Positions 48,695 through 58,482 of a DNA stretch of 64,000 nucleotides are shown one piece after another. Under the pieces are notes generated by a model. The model did not search any database, was not told the DNA's origin, and saw nothing but the letters and a program-made list of their open reading frames with translations. The translations under genes and the position numbers were made by a program. The DNA lies in contig JBFRWN010000013.1 in the NCBI GenBank assembly GCA_051439605.1, positions 62,123 to 126,122 of the forward strand. Direction: 5' to 3'. The DNA is from Synechococcus sp. GTDB lineage: Bacteria > Cyanobacteriota > Cyanobacteriia > Thermostichales > PCC-7336. Each line of letters opens with the position of its first letter. Position 1 is the stretch's first letter.

Positions 48695-49390
48695 ATGTCG
48701 CAGCTCCTCCAACGGATTACCCAGGCTCACCTGCGGGTACTCGATCTTGAACCCTACCGGTTCGAGGGATTGTATCTGGATGGAGTTGAGCTACCCACCG
48801 TAGCTGGCAATCTGGCTGCTATTGAAAGGGGGAAACAGTTTCATCAGCTATTGCAGCAGCAGGAAATGGGACTGCCGATTCAGGCATTAATCGAGGCCGA
48901 TCCCGATCTCAGTCGATATTTCCAGGCGTTTGCTAGCTGTCCGCCTCCATTGATAGAAGGGCAGCGCCGTTCCGAATATCCACTCGCGATGCCTTTTCAG
49001 GGGGTTCAGCTTTACGGCATTCCGGATCTCCTTGTAGAAGCCAGCGATCGGGCCCAAATTGTGGATTGGAAAACCTACAGGCGATCGCTGGATTTAGCGG
49101 TGTTGCAAAGCGATTGGCAGACCCGTCTTTACCTGTTTCTGCTAGCGGAAACCCGCAACTATGCTCCGGAGCAGCTATCGATGCTCTATTGGTTTTCCGA
49201 ACAGCCGTCGCAGTGGGTGGAAGTTTCCTACGATGCCGATACCCACGCTCAAAATGGAGCAACTATTAGGGGGTTGCTCCATTCGTTGAGGGGGTGGATA
49301 ACGTCTGGGTTTCCGACAGCTCCTTGTACTCAGGTCGATGCCCCCCAGAAGCAAAAAATTGCGGCTATTCCTCCCGTTCCGCTGCCCTAG
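48695..49390 (+). CDS. PD-(D/E)XK nuclease family protein
   Basis: G..FH, E, GIPDLL, IVDWKT, WQTRLY. Confidence 0.85.
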   Translation: MSQLLQRITQAHLRVLDLEPYRFEGLYLDGVELPTVAGNLAAIERGKQFHQLLQQQEMGLPIQALIEADPDLSRYFQAFASCPPPLIEGQRRSEYPLAMPFQGVQLYGIPDLLVEASDRAQIVDWKTYRRSLDLAVLQSDWQTRLYLFLLAETRNYAPEQLSMLYWFSEQPSQWVEVSYDADTHAQNGATIRGLLHSLRGWITSGFPTAPCTQVDAPQKQKIAAIPPVPLP

Positions 49391-49517
49391 TTGAGTGGCG
49401 GGTCTGAGTTTCGGTTCTACAGGTGTTGCTCTCAACTCGTCTGTTCTTAACGTGTGTCGATAGGACTGCTCTACAGTCTTTGATAAGCTGATGCCGTTTG
49501 CTGGATGAGGTTTGGGA

Positions 49518-50246
49518 ATGGATTGGTCTAGAGCGGATGGTCGCACCTACAATGCAATTCGTCCAGTTTCATTTCAGCGTCACTTCACCAAATACTCTGC
49601 TGGTTCAGTACTGGTAAAGTTCGGAGACACCCACGTTCTCTGTACGGCTTCAATCTCTGAAGAGGTGCCCCGATTTTTGAACGATACCGGAAAAGGATGG
49701 CTGACTGCCGAATACCGACTGTTGCCCAGTTCCACCCAGGAGCGTCAACAACGGGAGCTCTTCAAGATTTCTGGACGGACGGCGGAAATTCAGCGGCTGA
49801 TCGGTCGCAGTCTGCGGGCAGCTATTGACTTTGAGAAACTCGGGCCACGCACCATCACTATCGATGCGGATGTTCTGCAGGCGGATGGAGGTACCCGCAC
49901 TGCCGCAATTACAGGGGGCTACGTGGCGTTACAGGATGCTTGCCAGATGCTGATGATGAAGGGATTACTGGAGGAATTCCCCATCGCTCATCAGGTGGCA
50001 GCGTTGTCGGTAGGGATGGTGAACGATACGGCGATCGCCGATCTCTCTTATATCGAAGATTCCTCTGCTGAAGTGGATCTCAACGTCGTAATGACAAGTA
50101 GGGGAGAATTTATCGAGATACAAGGGACAGCGGAAACTCAACCGTTTGGAGGGAATAAGCTTACTTCCATGTTGGAGCTGGCTCGATCGGGTATTGGCGA
50201 ATTATGCCAACTGCAGCAAGCTGCACTAGTGGCCATGCCGGAGTAG
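49518..50246 (+). CDS. rph: Ribonuclease PH
   Basis: GWLTAEY, EIQRLIGRSLR, QADGGTRTA, EIQGTAE. Confidence 0.97.
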   Translation: MDWSRADGRTYNAIRPVSFQRHFTKYSAGSVLVKFGDTHVLCTASISEEVPRFLNDTGKGWLTAEYRLLPSSTQERQQRELFKISGRTAEIQRLIGRSLRAAIDFEKLGPRTITIDADVLQADGGTRTAAITGGYVALQDACQMLMMKGLLEEFPIAHQVAALSVGMVNDTAIADLSYIEDSSAEVDLNVVMTSRGEFIEIQGTAETQPFGGNKLTSMLELARSGIGELCQLQQAALVAMPE

Positions 50247-50349
50247 TCTGTTCCCCTCTCCCCTCCTCTGGTTCCAGCTAGGGCATCGCTGACTCAAGCT
50301 GCCCATTACAATTTATAGAGAACGGCTTGAATGTCTGGATGTGGGGTGA

Positions 50350-51270
50350 ATGTCAGCGTCCTATTTTGGAAACCTGAATGACTGGTCTTGGCGGGGATAC
50401 TCCATTCGCTACAGTTACACTCCAACCCTTGAGGTAACGGCAGCTGCCCCCGCGTTACTCGTGCACGGGTTTGGCGCTTCTTTGGGCCATTGGCGATCGA
50501 ATATTCCTCTACTGAGCCACAGTCGCTCGGTATACGCGATCGACCTTTTGGGGTGCGGCGGTAGCTCTAAGCCCACAAATATCGAGTACACCGTCAATTT
50601 GTGGGTGGAGCAGCTCTACGACTTTTGGCGGGAGCATATTCAGCAACCGATGATTCTGTCTGGCCATTCTTTGGGTGGCCTTGTTGTGCTAACAGCAGCG
50701 GCTCGGCATCCCGAAATGGCTAAAGGGCTGAATTTGATTAGCTGTGCGGACGGCCCCCATCCCGAAGAGTATCCGCCACCTATTGCATGTGCTATCCAGT
50801 GGCTGACAGAGGGAATTGTGGGGTTAGTTGGCTGTCCCTGCACTTATCCGTGTCTGTTTGACCGCCTCCGTCAGGAAAAGCCCCTCAGAAAGGCCATCCG
50901 CAATACTTACAAGATCGAGGAGCGGGTGGATGACGAGCTGGTGAAAATATTCCAGCAGCCAGCCTTCGAAGATGGGGCACGGGAAGTGCTGTTAGAGCTA
51001 TTGCGAGCCATTCTCACCCGTCGTTTCGAAAGTCCCAGGTTACTGTTACCCAAAGTTCGCGTTCCCATTCTGATTGTGTGGGGGAAGGAAGATCCCGCGG
51101 TACCGAGCTTTTTTGCGGATAAGTTCGTGCGGTGGAATCCCGCCTGTCAGCTGGTGAAGCTTCCGGGAATTGGTCATTGTGCCCACGATGAACTGCCGCA
51201 ATGGGTAACCGCATTAATTTCCGAATGGGCTACTAGCTTGGAAATGGGTCAAACATTCACGGTCGTCTAG
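50350..51270 (+). CDS. Alpha/beta fold hydrolase
   Basis: HGFGAS, GHSLGG, WGKED, GHCAHDE (intact triad). Confidence 0.92.
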   Translation: MSASYFGNLNDWSWRGYSIRYSYTPTLEVTAAAPALLVHGFGASLGHWRSNIPLLSHSRSVYAIDLLGCGGSSKPTNIEYTVNLWVEQLYDFWREHIQQPMILSGHSLGGLVVLTAAARHPEMAKGLNLISCADGPHPEEYPPPIACAIQWLTEGIVGLVGCPCTYPCLFDRLRQEKPLRKAIRNTYKIEERVDDELVKIFQQPAFEDGAREVLLELLRAILTRRFESPRLLLPKVRVPILIVWGKEDPAVPSFFADKFVRWNPACQLVKLPGIGHCAHDELPQWVTALISEWATSLEMGQTFTVV

Positions 51271-51382
51271 CGACTGGATGAAAAGCCCGAAAATAGGACT
51301 GTCGAGGAAATTCTTAGGGGATTCTCAGCGGTTTTAGGGGTGGCGATGACCACAATGGTGGTAGAGGGCTGAGTTCAAGTCT

Positions 51383-52420
51383 GTGGTTGTGAAGTGGCAT
51401 AAGTTCGGACTGAGTAGCATGCTGTCGATGGCTGTCATTGTGGGCGGCTTAGTTGTGGCTGGCTTAGTAATTCGTGCGGGAGGATGGGACAACTTCAAGC
51501 TGAATTATTTTTCTTGGACGCAGGTTTTGCACGATAACGATCGCGAGTTTCGCGATTTGCAGGCTCGCCAGATTGCCCCGCAGGAGGTCAGCCGCATTGA
51601 CCTCAGCCAACTGTTGAATGGTGGCCCGCCCAAAGATGGAATTCCCAGCATTGACGCGCCTCGCTTCGATACGGCTACCACAACGCCGTTTGACGAGAGC
51701 GAATGGGTTATTGGTGTTGAGCTGAATGGGGAGGCCAAAGCGTATCCCTACGGTATTCTGAACTGGCACGAAATTGTCAACGACACAATTGGCGGCGTGC
51801 CCGTTTCAGTCAGCTATTGTCCGCTGTGCGACACAATTCTGGCCTTCGACCGCGAAGACAGTACGTTTGGTGTGTCCGGCAAGCTCTACCAAAGCTGCCT
51901 TGTTATGTACGATCGCGCCGACGATACCCTGTATTCTCAACCCTGGGGACTGGGGGTGGTTGGTCCCAACGTGAATCGCTTTGTGGAGCGGATACCAGCG
52001 GTCAAAACCCGGTTAGGGAATTGGCTAGAGAAGTATCCCGATAGCTGGGTGCTATCCACCGAGACTGGCCATAGACGCGATTACAGTCGTTACCCTTACG
52101 GCACCTACAATCGCGACGACCGCATTATTTTCCCGGTGCGCAATCAAGAACAACTGGCAGAAGTCCCCAAAGAAATCTTGACGTATATCTGGCAACCTGA
52201 CGGAGAAACCCCTCACAATCTCTTCTCGGGCGATAGTCTGCAGTTTATCCATCGGGACTTACAGGCAGCAGGAGAACAGGAGGTGGAGTTTAACGGTGGC
52301 CGAGCAATTGTTCGCTGGGACGAACAGCTACAGACGGCGATCGCAGAGGATGTTAAGGGCAATCCAATACCAAGCTCCACCGCTTACGCCTTTGTTTATC
52401 CCGCTTATTTCGGGTACTAA
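51383..52420 (+). CDS. DUF3179 domain protein
   Basis: GGPPKDGIPSID, WHEIVND, YCPLC, FGVSGKL. Confidence 0.9.
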   Translation: MVVKWHKFGLSSMLSMAVIVGGLVVAGLVIRAGGWDNFKLNYFSWTQVLHDNDREFRDLQARQIAPQEVSRIDLSQLLNGGPPKDGIPSIDAPRFDTATTTPFDESEWVIGVELNGEAKAYPYGILNWHEIVNDTIGGVPVSVSYCPLCDTILAFDREDSTFGVSGKLYQSCLVMYDRADDTLYSQPWGLGVVGPNVNRFVERIPAVKTRLGNWLEKYPDSWVLSTETGHRRDYSRYPYGTYNRDDRIIFPVRNQEQLAEVPKEILTYIWQPDGETPHNLFSGDSLQFIHRDLQAAGEQEVEFNGGRAIVRWDEQLQTAIAEDVKGNPIPSSTAYAFVYPAYFGY

Positions 52421-52435
52421 TACCGAGTACACTGG

Positions 52436-52966
52436 CTACCCCACTGGATCTTCTGGGGGGAAAGGTAGCACCTCTGGCAAAATCAGCTGCATGAACGCTA
52501 CATCGTGCCAGCGATTGTTGAAATAGCCAATCTCTTGATGGATGCCCACCATCTCAAACCCAAATTTGCAATGGAACCGGATACTCTCCCTGTTGGCGGC
52601 CATAATTCTGACCAATACGTGGTGGTAGCGATAGTCTATGACTCGTTCGAGCAATGCCTGCTGTAGCTGAGTCCCATATCCATTACCAGTCTCGCTCAGT
52701 GTCAAGTAAATCGACGTTTCGCAGCATACCCGATACCCCACCCGATCGCTGTATTTCTTGACGGCTCCCCAACCGATGACGCGATCGGTCTCTGCCACCA
52801 ACAAGACTTCGCGATCGCCCATCCCTTCGCAGGTTTTCCGAAATTTTTCGGAATCCACCGGGTGAATATCCATCGTGGAGCGCCCCTCGGCAATCGACTC
52901 GTTATAAATATCGGCGATCGCTTGAAAATCTTGGGGCTGGCAGGGGCGGATGGTGAGACGGGTCAT
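52436..52966 (-). CDS. GNAT N-acetyltransferase (phosphinothricin acetyltransferase-like)
   Basis: IADIYN, SIY, GNGYG, SIRFH.KFGF. Confidence 0.88.
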   Translation of the reverse strand: MTRLTIRPCQPQDFQAIADIYNESIAEGRSTMDIHPVDSEKFRKTCEGMGDREVLLVAETDRVIGWGAVKKYSDRVGYRVCCETSIYLTLSETGNGYGTQLQQALLERVIDYRYHHVLVRIMAANRESIRFHCKFGFEMVGIHQEIGYFNNRWHDVAFMQLILPEVLPFPPEDPVG

Positions 52967-53125
52967 TGTAGTGACTGCCTATGACAATTGGTAACAATGG
53001 AGAGTTCCTCAAGCATTGACCCTAGGGATTGAGAATTAGCCTTGTCACCTGAGATTTAGCAACGCTGTTATCTCTTGCAGCTTGGCACAATCGAGGGGAA
53101 TAGACGGTGTTGGAGTTTGGGAGTT

Positions 53126-54265
53126 ATGGCTAATGCCTTGATTTTGGGGGGAACTGGCAGGATTGGGGGTAGCGTGGCTCACGCTGTCAGCCAATTGCCT
53201 GAAGTTTCAGTAACGATCGCCGGTCGCAATCGCGAACGAGGGCAACAGATTTGCCAGCAATTGGGGGCAGGCAGCGGGTTTTTATCTTTGAGTTTGGCGG
53301 ACAGGCAAACCCTCAAGGAAGCGATCGCCAACACCGATTTAGTTATCCACTGCGCTGGGCCTTTCCTCTACCGCGATGCAACTGTGCTCAAGCTCTGCAT
53401 CGAAACCGGCACTAATTACCTAGATGTAAGCGACAGTCGGGAATTTACAGAGCTAGCGCTTTCACTTCGTCCTCAAGCCCAAGAGGTTGGCATCACCGCT
53501 GTCATCAACTCGGGCATCTTTCCCGGCATTTCTAACTGCATGGTGCGTCAAGCTGCCGAGCAACTGGAAACCCCCAAAGACATTCAACTGAGCTACATTG
53601 TTGCCGGATCGGGTGGTGCCGGATTAACGGTAATGCGCACCACGTTTTTGGGGTTAACCCATCCGTTTTCAGCCTGGATAGACAGCACCTGGCAGTATGT
53701 GGAGCCCTACAGCGATCGCCAAACCATTGTGTTCCCCCATTACGGTAAAGCCCCCGTTTATTGGTTCGACGTCCCAGAAACCTTAACGTTAGCCGAGTCA
53801 TTTCCCACGGTTCGAACAGTGGCTACGAAATTCGGTTCCCTGCCCGATCTGTATAACCATCTCACTTGGCTGATGGCACGCGGCCTCCCCTCTAAAGTCC
53901 TGAGCCACCCATTTACCATCGAATTTCTTTCAAAGGTGAGCTTTGGCATGACCCAAGTGAGCGATCGCTGGACCGGAATTGGCGTGGCCATTCGGGCAGA
54001 TGTTGTGGGCAACACAGCTGCTAAAGAGATAGCAACTGCCACATCTAGCTTGTTTTACAAGGACACAGCTGCTGCGGCTGGGATTGGAACTGCCAGTGTT
54101 GCAGAACTCATTCTGCAACACACCATCGATCGGACTGGGATTTGGCCGGTGGAACAAGTGATGACGACCCCTGCATTTGAGCAAGCAATGCGTTGTCACA
54201 ACCTGCCACTCAACCTGACAATGGATTGTTGTCAGCATCCCCTAGAGACAAATACTAGACAGTAG
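53126..54265 (+). CDS. Saccharopine dehydrogenase-like oxidoreductase
   Basis: GGTGRIG, HCAGPF, YLDVSD, GIFPGISN. Confidence 0.88.
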   Translation: MANALILGGTGRIGGSVAHAVSQLPEVSVTIAGRNRERGQQICQQLGAGSGFLSLSLADRQTLKEAIANTDLVIHCAGPFLYRDATVLKLCIETGTNYLDVSDSREFTELALSLRPQAQEVGITAVINSGIFPGISNCMVRQAAEQLETPKDIQLSYIVAGSGGAGLTVMRTTFLGLTHPFSAWIDSTWQYVEPYSDRQTIVFPHYGKAPVYWFDVPETLTLAESFPTVRTVATKFGSLPDLYNHLTWLMARGLPSKVLSHPFTIEFLSKVSFGMTQVSDRWTGIGVAIRADVVGNTAAKEIATATSSLFYKDTAAAAGIGTASVAELILQHTIDRTGIWPVEQVMTTPAFEQAMRCHNLPLNLTMDCCQHPLETNTRQ

Positions 54266-54325
54266 AGGTCTAATTTCTATAGTACTCACTCATAAACCCA
54301 CGACTCTTTACGCTTCAATCTGCCT

Positions 54326-54952
54326 ATGATCTCGTTCTTAATTGGGGAACTCGCAGCTGTGCAATCGGGGGATCGCAGCTCGGTGACGCTGAATGTGGGG
54401 GGAGTGGGCTATCGAGCATTCGTTCCCCAACGCCTCACTCAGCAACTCGGTGCGATCGGCGATCCCACTCAGCTGTTTACCCATTTGGCGGTGCGCGATA
54501 CCGAAATGTTGCTGTACGGATTCGGCAGTGCAGCCGAACGGGATCTATTTGCCGAACTGATCAAGGTATCTGGAGTCGGACCTGCTCTAGCGGTTGCCCT
54601 CCTCAATACCCTGTCGCTGCCCGAGCTGGTACAGGCGGTGGTGACCGAAAACGTCCGTATCCTCAGCCTCACCCCCGGTGTGGGCAAGAAAACCGCCCAG
54701 CGACTGGTCTTAGAACTGAAAACTCGCCTGTCTGCCTGGCGAGATGCCGCCGATGTCCCCGTTGCCCCAGCCGGAGGACCACCCACATCTATCTACTCGG
54801 AGGTGGAAATCGCTCTGCTTGCCCTTGGGTATAGCTCTGCCGAGACAGTACGTGCTCTCCAGGCCATCGGTCAACAGGAGGGCGATCGCCTGGGACAATC
54901 AGTGGAGGATTGGCTGCGCAGCGCAATCGCCTACCTAAGCCAACAGGATTGA
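54326..54952 (+). CDS. ruvA: Holliday junction branch migration protein RuvA
   Basis: GGVGY, LYGF, VSGVGP, PGVGKKTAQRLVLELK, ALLALGY. Confidence 0.97.
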   Translation: MISFLIGELAAVQSGDRSSVTLNVGGVGYRAFVPQRLTQQLGAIGDPTQLFTHLAVRDTEMLLYGFGSAAERDLFAELIKVSGVGPALAVALLNTLSLPELVQAVVTENVRILSLTPGVGKKTAQRLVLELKTRLSAWRDAADVPVAPAGGPPTSIYSEVEIALLALGYSSAETVRALQAIGQQEGDRLGQSVEDWLRSAIAYLSQQD

Positions 54953-54962
54953 AAGCTCCTTC

Positions 54963-55607
54963 ATGTCGAGTCTCTCCGAACTTCCGTCTTCCTGCCGACA
55001 AGTGGGCATCTTGGGTGGCACCTTTAACCCCGTCCACAATGGCCATGTGGCCATTGCAGAAGCAGCCATGCAACAGTTTGGGTTAGATGCCACCCTGTGG
55101 ATTCCTGCCGGCATCCCCCCCCACAAACCCTTAGCAGGCGGAGCGAGCAATCAAGACCGGCTCGAAATGGTTAAACTCGCGATCGCCGATCGCCCCCACT
55201 TCTACTGGTCGGATATCGAACTACAGCGCCAGGGCCGCTCCTTTGCGGTTGAAACCATTGAGCAGCTTCAAGACCAATATCCCCACATTCGGCAGTGGTA
55301 CTGGATTATAGGAGCCGACGCGATCGCCGACCTCCCCAATTGGCATCGGGCCGCAGATATAACCCGCCTCTGTACCTGGATTGTGGCCCCACGCCCCGAC
55401 ACTCCCCGCACGGGCCTGTTAGAAAAGGTGCAAGCAATACTCCCTCACCTACAGGCTGAATGGTTGGACTGCGAGGAAATGGAGGTATCCTCCTCAGATA
55501 TCCGTCAAGCATTGCAGCAGGAACGTCAGGCAATTGATGTTGTCCCCGCAGCCGTCGCCTCTTACATGCAAGCGCATCAGCTTTACGCCTCTCCAGAGCT
55601 GAGATAG
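54963..55607 (+). CDS. nadD: Nicotinate-nucleotide adenylyltransferase
   Basis: GGTFNPVHNGH, PPHK, IIGAD, SSSDIR. Confidence 0.96.
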   Translation: MSSLSELPSSCRQVGILGGTFNPVHNGHVAIAEAAMQQFGLDATLWIPAGIPPHKPLAGGASNQDRLEMVKLAIADRPHFYWSDIELQRQGRSFAVETIEQLQDQYPHIRQWYWIIGADAIADLPNWHRAADITRLCTWIVAPRPDTPRTGLLEKVQAILPHLQAEWLDCEEMEVSSSDIRQALQQERQAIDVVPAAVASYMQAHQLYASPELR

Positions 55608-55776
55608 CTCTGGAGGATAGTTCGTCCCAACCCTTGTGCGACCGGTTTTAATCCCCTTCCAGGGCCTCGCGTACCGATAAAGACTGTTAAGGAACGTGAT
55701 AACATCTGGGGTAATTTCCCAGCTACAGGATCGGATATTTCCGTTTGCACTTTAGCTACCTAGGCAAGGCGCTTTT

Positions 55777-56841
55777 ATGGATCCCTCCCCCACAATTCCC
55801 CATCGCGACCTGCCCAGTCCGCTACCCGTGGGGGTGATTGGGGTTGGCAATATGGGCCAGCACCATGCCCGGGTGCTCAGCCTAATGAACGACGTTCAGG
55901 TGGTGGGGATCGCCGACGTAAACGGCGATCGCGGCCGCTCGATCGCCGAACGCTACGAGGCCAGTTTTTATAGCGATTACCGCGATTTACTCCCCCACGT
56001 CTGTGCTGTTTGCATAGCAGTACCCACCGTATTGCATCACGAAGTGGGTAGTAATTGTCTCGAGGCAGGCGTACACGTGCTGATGGAAAAGCCACTGGCT
56101 GCCAGCATCAGCGAAGCCGAGGATCTCGTGAAACTTGCTGCTAAGCAGCACTTAACGCTACAGGTGGGGCATATTGAACGGTTTAACCCCGCCTTTCAAG
56201 AATTATCAAAGGTACTGCAGCGGGAGGAGCTGCTGGCGATCGAAGCCCATCGCATGAGCCCCTACTCCACGCGGGCCAACGATGTCTCCGTCATCTTTGA
56301 TTTGATGATCCACGACATCGATCTGCTGTTGGAATTGGTGCCATCTCCCGTTGTGGGGGTGACCGCCTGTGGCAACAAAACCGCCCATTCTGGTTCTAAG
56401 TATTTGGACTACGGTACAGCAACAATTCGGTTTGCCAATCATGTGGTTGCCACCCTCACCGCAAGCAAGGTCACCCATCGCAAAATCCGCTGCATTGCTG
56501 CCCATTGCAAAGAATCTCTCACCGAAGCAGATTTCCTCAATAACGAAATTCTGATTCATCGTCAAACCACCGCCGATTACGTCACGGAATACGGACAGGT
56601 GCTCTATCGGCAGGATGGCTTGATCGAGAAGGTCTACACCAGCAATGTAGAACCGCTGAGCGCCGAGCTAGAGCATTTCATTGAATGCGTTCGTGCTGGC
56701 AGCGAACCTTCTGTGGATGGAGAACAGGCCCTCAAAGCGCTGCGTTTAGCCAAAGAGATTGAGAGTTTAGCATTAGGGTCTCCCACAGTGTCAGATCTGA
56801 ATGGCAAATCTATGGGGCAGCCCAGCACCGTTCTGACCTAA
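55777..56841 (+). CDS. Gfo/Idh/MocA family oxidoreductase
   Basis: GVGNMG, EKP, GHIERFNP, DLMIHD. Confidence 0.93.
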   Translation: MDPSPTIPHRDLPSPLPVGVIGVGNMGQHHARVLSLMNDVQVVGIADVNGDRGRSIAERYEASFYSDYRDLLPHVCAVCIAVPTVLHHEVGSNCLEAGVHVLMEKPLAASISEAEDLVKLAAKQHLTLQVGHIERFNPAFQELSKVLQREELLAIEAHRMSPYSTRANDVSVIFDLMIHDIDLLLELVPSPVVGVTACGNKTAHSGSKYLDYGTATIRFANHVVATLTASKVTHRKIRCIAAHCKESLTEADFLNNEILIHRQTTADYVTEYGQVLYRQDGLIEKVYTSNVEPLSAELEHFIECVRAGSEPSVDGEQALKALRLAKEIESLALGSPTVSDLNGKSMGQPSTVLT

Positions 56842-56881
56842 CCCCTCAGCCTCCAGACTCAAATTTTCAAATGAACAGCGG

Positions 56882-57748
56882 TTAAGCGTCAGCAAGTTGA
56901 TTTTTGATGGCTGCAGCCCGCTTTTCGGCATCCGCAAACACCCGCTCCGGGTCAGACAGCATCTCCCCTGCAGACTTCTCAAGCACTTGGGTGGACAAGC
57001 CCACCCGGCCGCGGGCTTCGTCAATGCTAACAATGACCGCCTTGACTTCTTGACCCACCTGGAAGATCTCATCGATCGCGCGCACAAAGTTTTTGCTGAT
57101 CTCTTTGATGTGCAGCAGCCCCGTAGTGCCGCCAAAATCCACAAAGACTCCGAAGGGCTTGATGGAAACCACCGTGCCTGTCACCAATTGACCGACTGAC
57201 AAATCTTGTGTCAGTTCAGCCCGGCGGGCCAACCGCTCTGACAGGACTAGCTTATTGGTGTCGGGGTTAACCTCTAGATATGCCAAGGTCAAGGTCTGAC
57301 CCACCAAAGCATCCATACTCTCGGGTTGAGAAAGGTGCGAACGCGGCACAAAGCCCCGCAGCCCTTCTAACTGCACTAACGCACCACCCCGGTTGAGCTT
57401 GGTCACAGTAGCCTGAACGGTATCGCCGTTAGCCTGAGCGTCCTGCAGTCTTTGCCAAGCAAGTTTGACCTCTAGACGACGAATGGAGAGGGTCACCTGC
57501 CCATCAGCATCCTGACCGCGGATCACCATAAACTCTCGCTCTTGATCTGGCTCAAGGGCATCAATCAGGCTATCCAGAGGCTTTAGAGAGGCCTCGCGCA
57601 GAGGCAGCATCCCCATGGACTTCCCGCCAATATCCACATACGCCCGATCGCGATCGACAACAGCAACCCTGCCATTTACTATCTGACCCACCTCGAAAGA
57701 ATAATCAAAATCTTCGAGAGCTTTGGCAAAATCGTCGGCTGAAAACAT
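56882..57748 (-). CDS. rps1b: Ribosomal protein S1 paralog (three S1 domains)
   Basis: DDFAKAL, YVDIGGKS, LRGFVPRSH, FGVFVD...GLLHI. Confidence 0.8.
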   Translation of the reverse strand: MFSADDFAKALEDFDYSFEVGQIVNGRVAVVDRDRAYVDIGGKSMGMLPLREASLKPLDSLIDALEPDQEREFMVIRGQDADGQVTLSIRRLEVKLAWQRLQDAQANGDTVQATVTKLNRGGALVQLEGLRGFVPRSHLSQPESMDALVGQTLTLAYLEVNPDTNKLVLSERLARRAELTQDLSVGQLVTGTVVSIKPFGVFVDFGGTTGLLHIKEISKNFVRAIDEIFQVGQEVKAVIVSIDEARGRVGLSTQVLEKSAGEMLSDPERVFADAEKRAAAIKNQLADA

Positions 57749-58013
57749 GCGCTAATCCGAGAAGCTGAAAGATATATTAGGACTGATGCACTGTCAAGGA
57801 TTCCCCCCCACATGATGCTGCGAGGCCCTTCCTTAGATACAACTTGTAAAGTTGCTGCGTCAGTCATGCAAACACATACGATGAGCGATTGCAGCTGCTA
57901 AACACGGAGTTCAGCACCCATAAAACTCTATCAGTAGCCTTTGCATCTAGCCTCAAATTTTAAGTCCCACTTAGAATGAGGAGAATTCGCTTGAGAATTT
58001 CGGGAGTTTCCCC

Positions 58014-58319
58014 ATGCCAAAACCAATCGTGACAGGGGGGTGGCCAGAGGAAGCATTTGTGGGAGACGTGCTGGTGTTTACCTTGCAAGGGGAACATTTG
58101 AATGAGGTCACAGAGGTCAGGGTTGCTCCCGCTGCAAAAGGGGTCAAAACAACGATTGGCGATCCCTACGAACGCTTGAAGGACGAAGTTGAGCAATCTG
58201 ATACTGCCTTAACTGTGACCATTGAAGTTGGCTATGCCGTCTATCCTGGAGAAAAACGTATGGAGCTCATTTCTCCAGAGGGCAACAGCAATGCGCTGCC
58301 CTTCTTAATCATGATGTGA
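58014..58319 (+). CDS. Small beta-rich hypothetical protein (IPT/TIG-like)
   Basis: GGGAG Shine-Dalgarno; P.....GD....LQGEHL...SPEGNSNALPF pattern. Confidence 0.6.
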   Translation: MPKPIVTGGWPEEAFVGDVLVFTLQGEHLNEVTEVRVAPAAKGVKTTIGDPYERLKDEVEQSDTALTVTIEVGYAVYPGEKRMELISPEGNSNALPFLIMM

Positions 58320-58482
58320 AATCGATCGGGATATGAAACGGAATGATTGGGACCGTACTTTGCTGCCGTTGGCTCTTTACTGTTGACCCTTGATAGTGGG
58401 GGGCCTTAGTCGATATCGATCGGACTGTGTTTCCCACCGACTAGATCTTTGTTATCCTTGACCTCTACCAATTCCAGTCCCT

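Noticed and set aside
48695..49390. PD-(D/E)XK nuclease as Cas4 or a defence system
   Set aside because: No Fe-S Cys set, no cas genes or array nearby, and it sits among housekeeping genes
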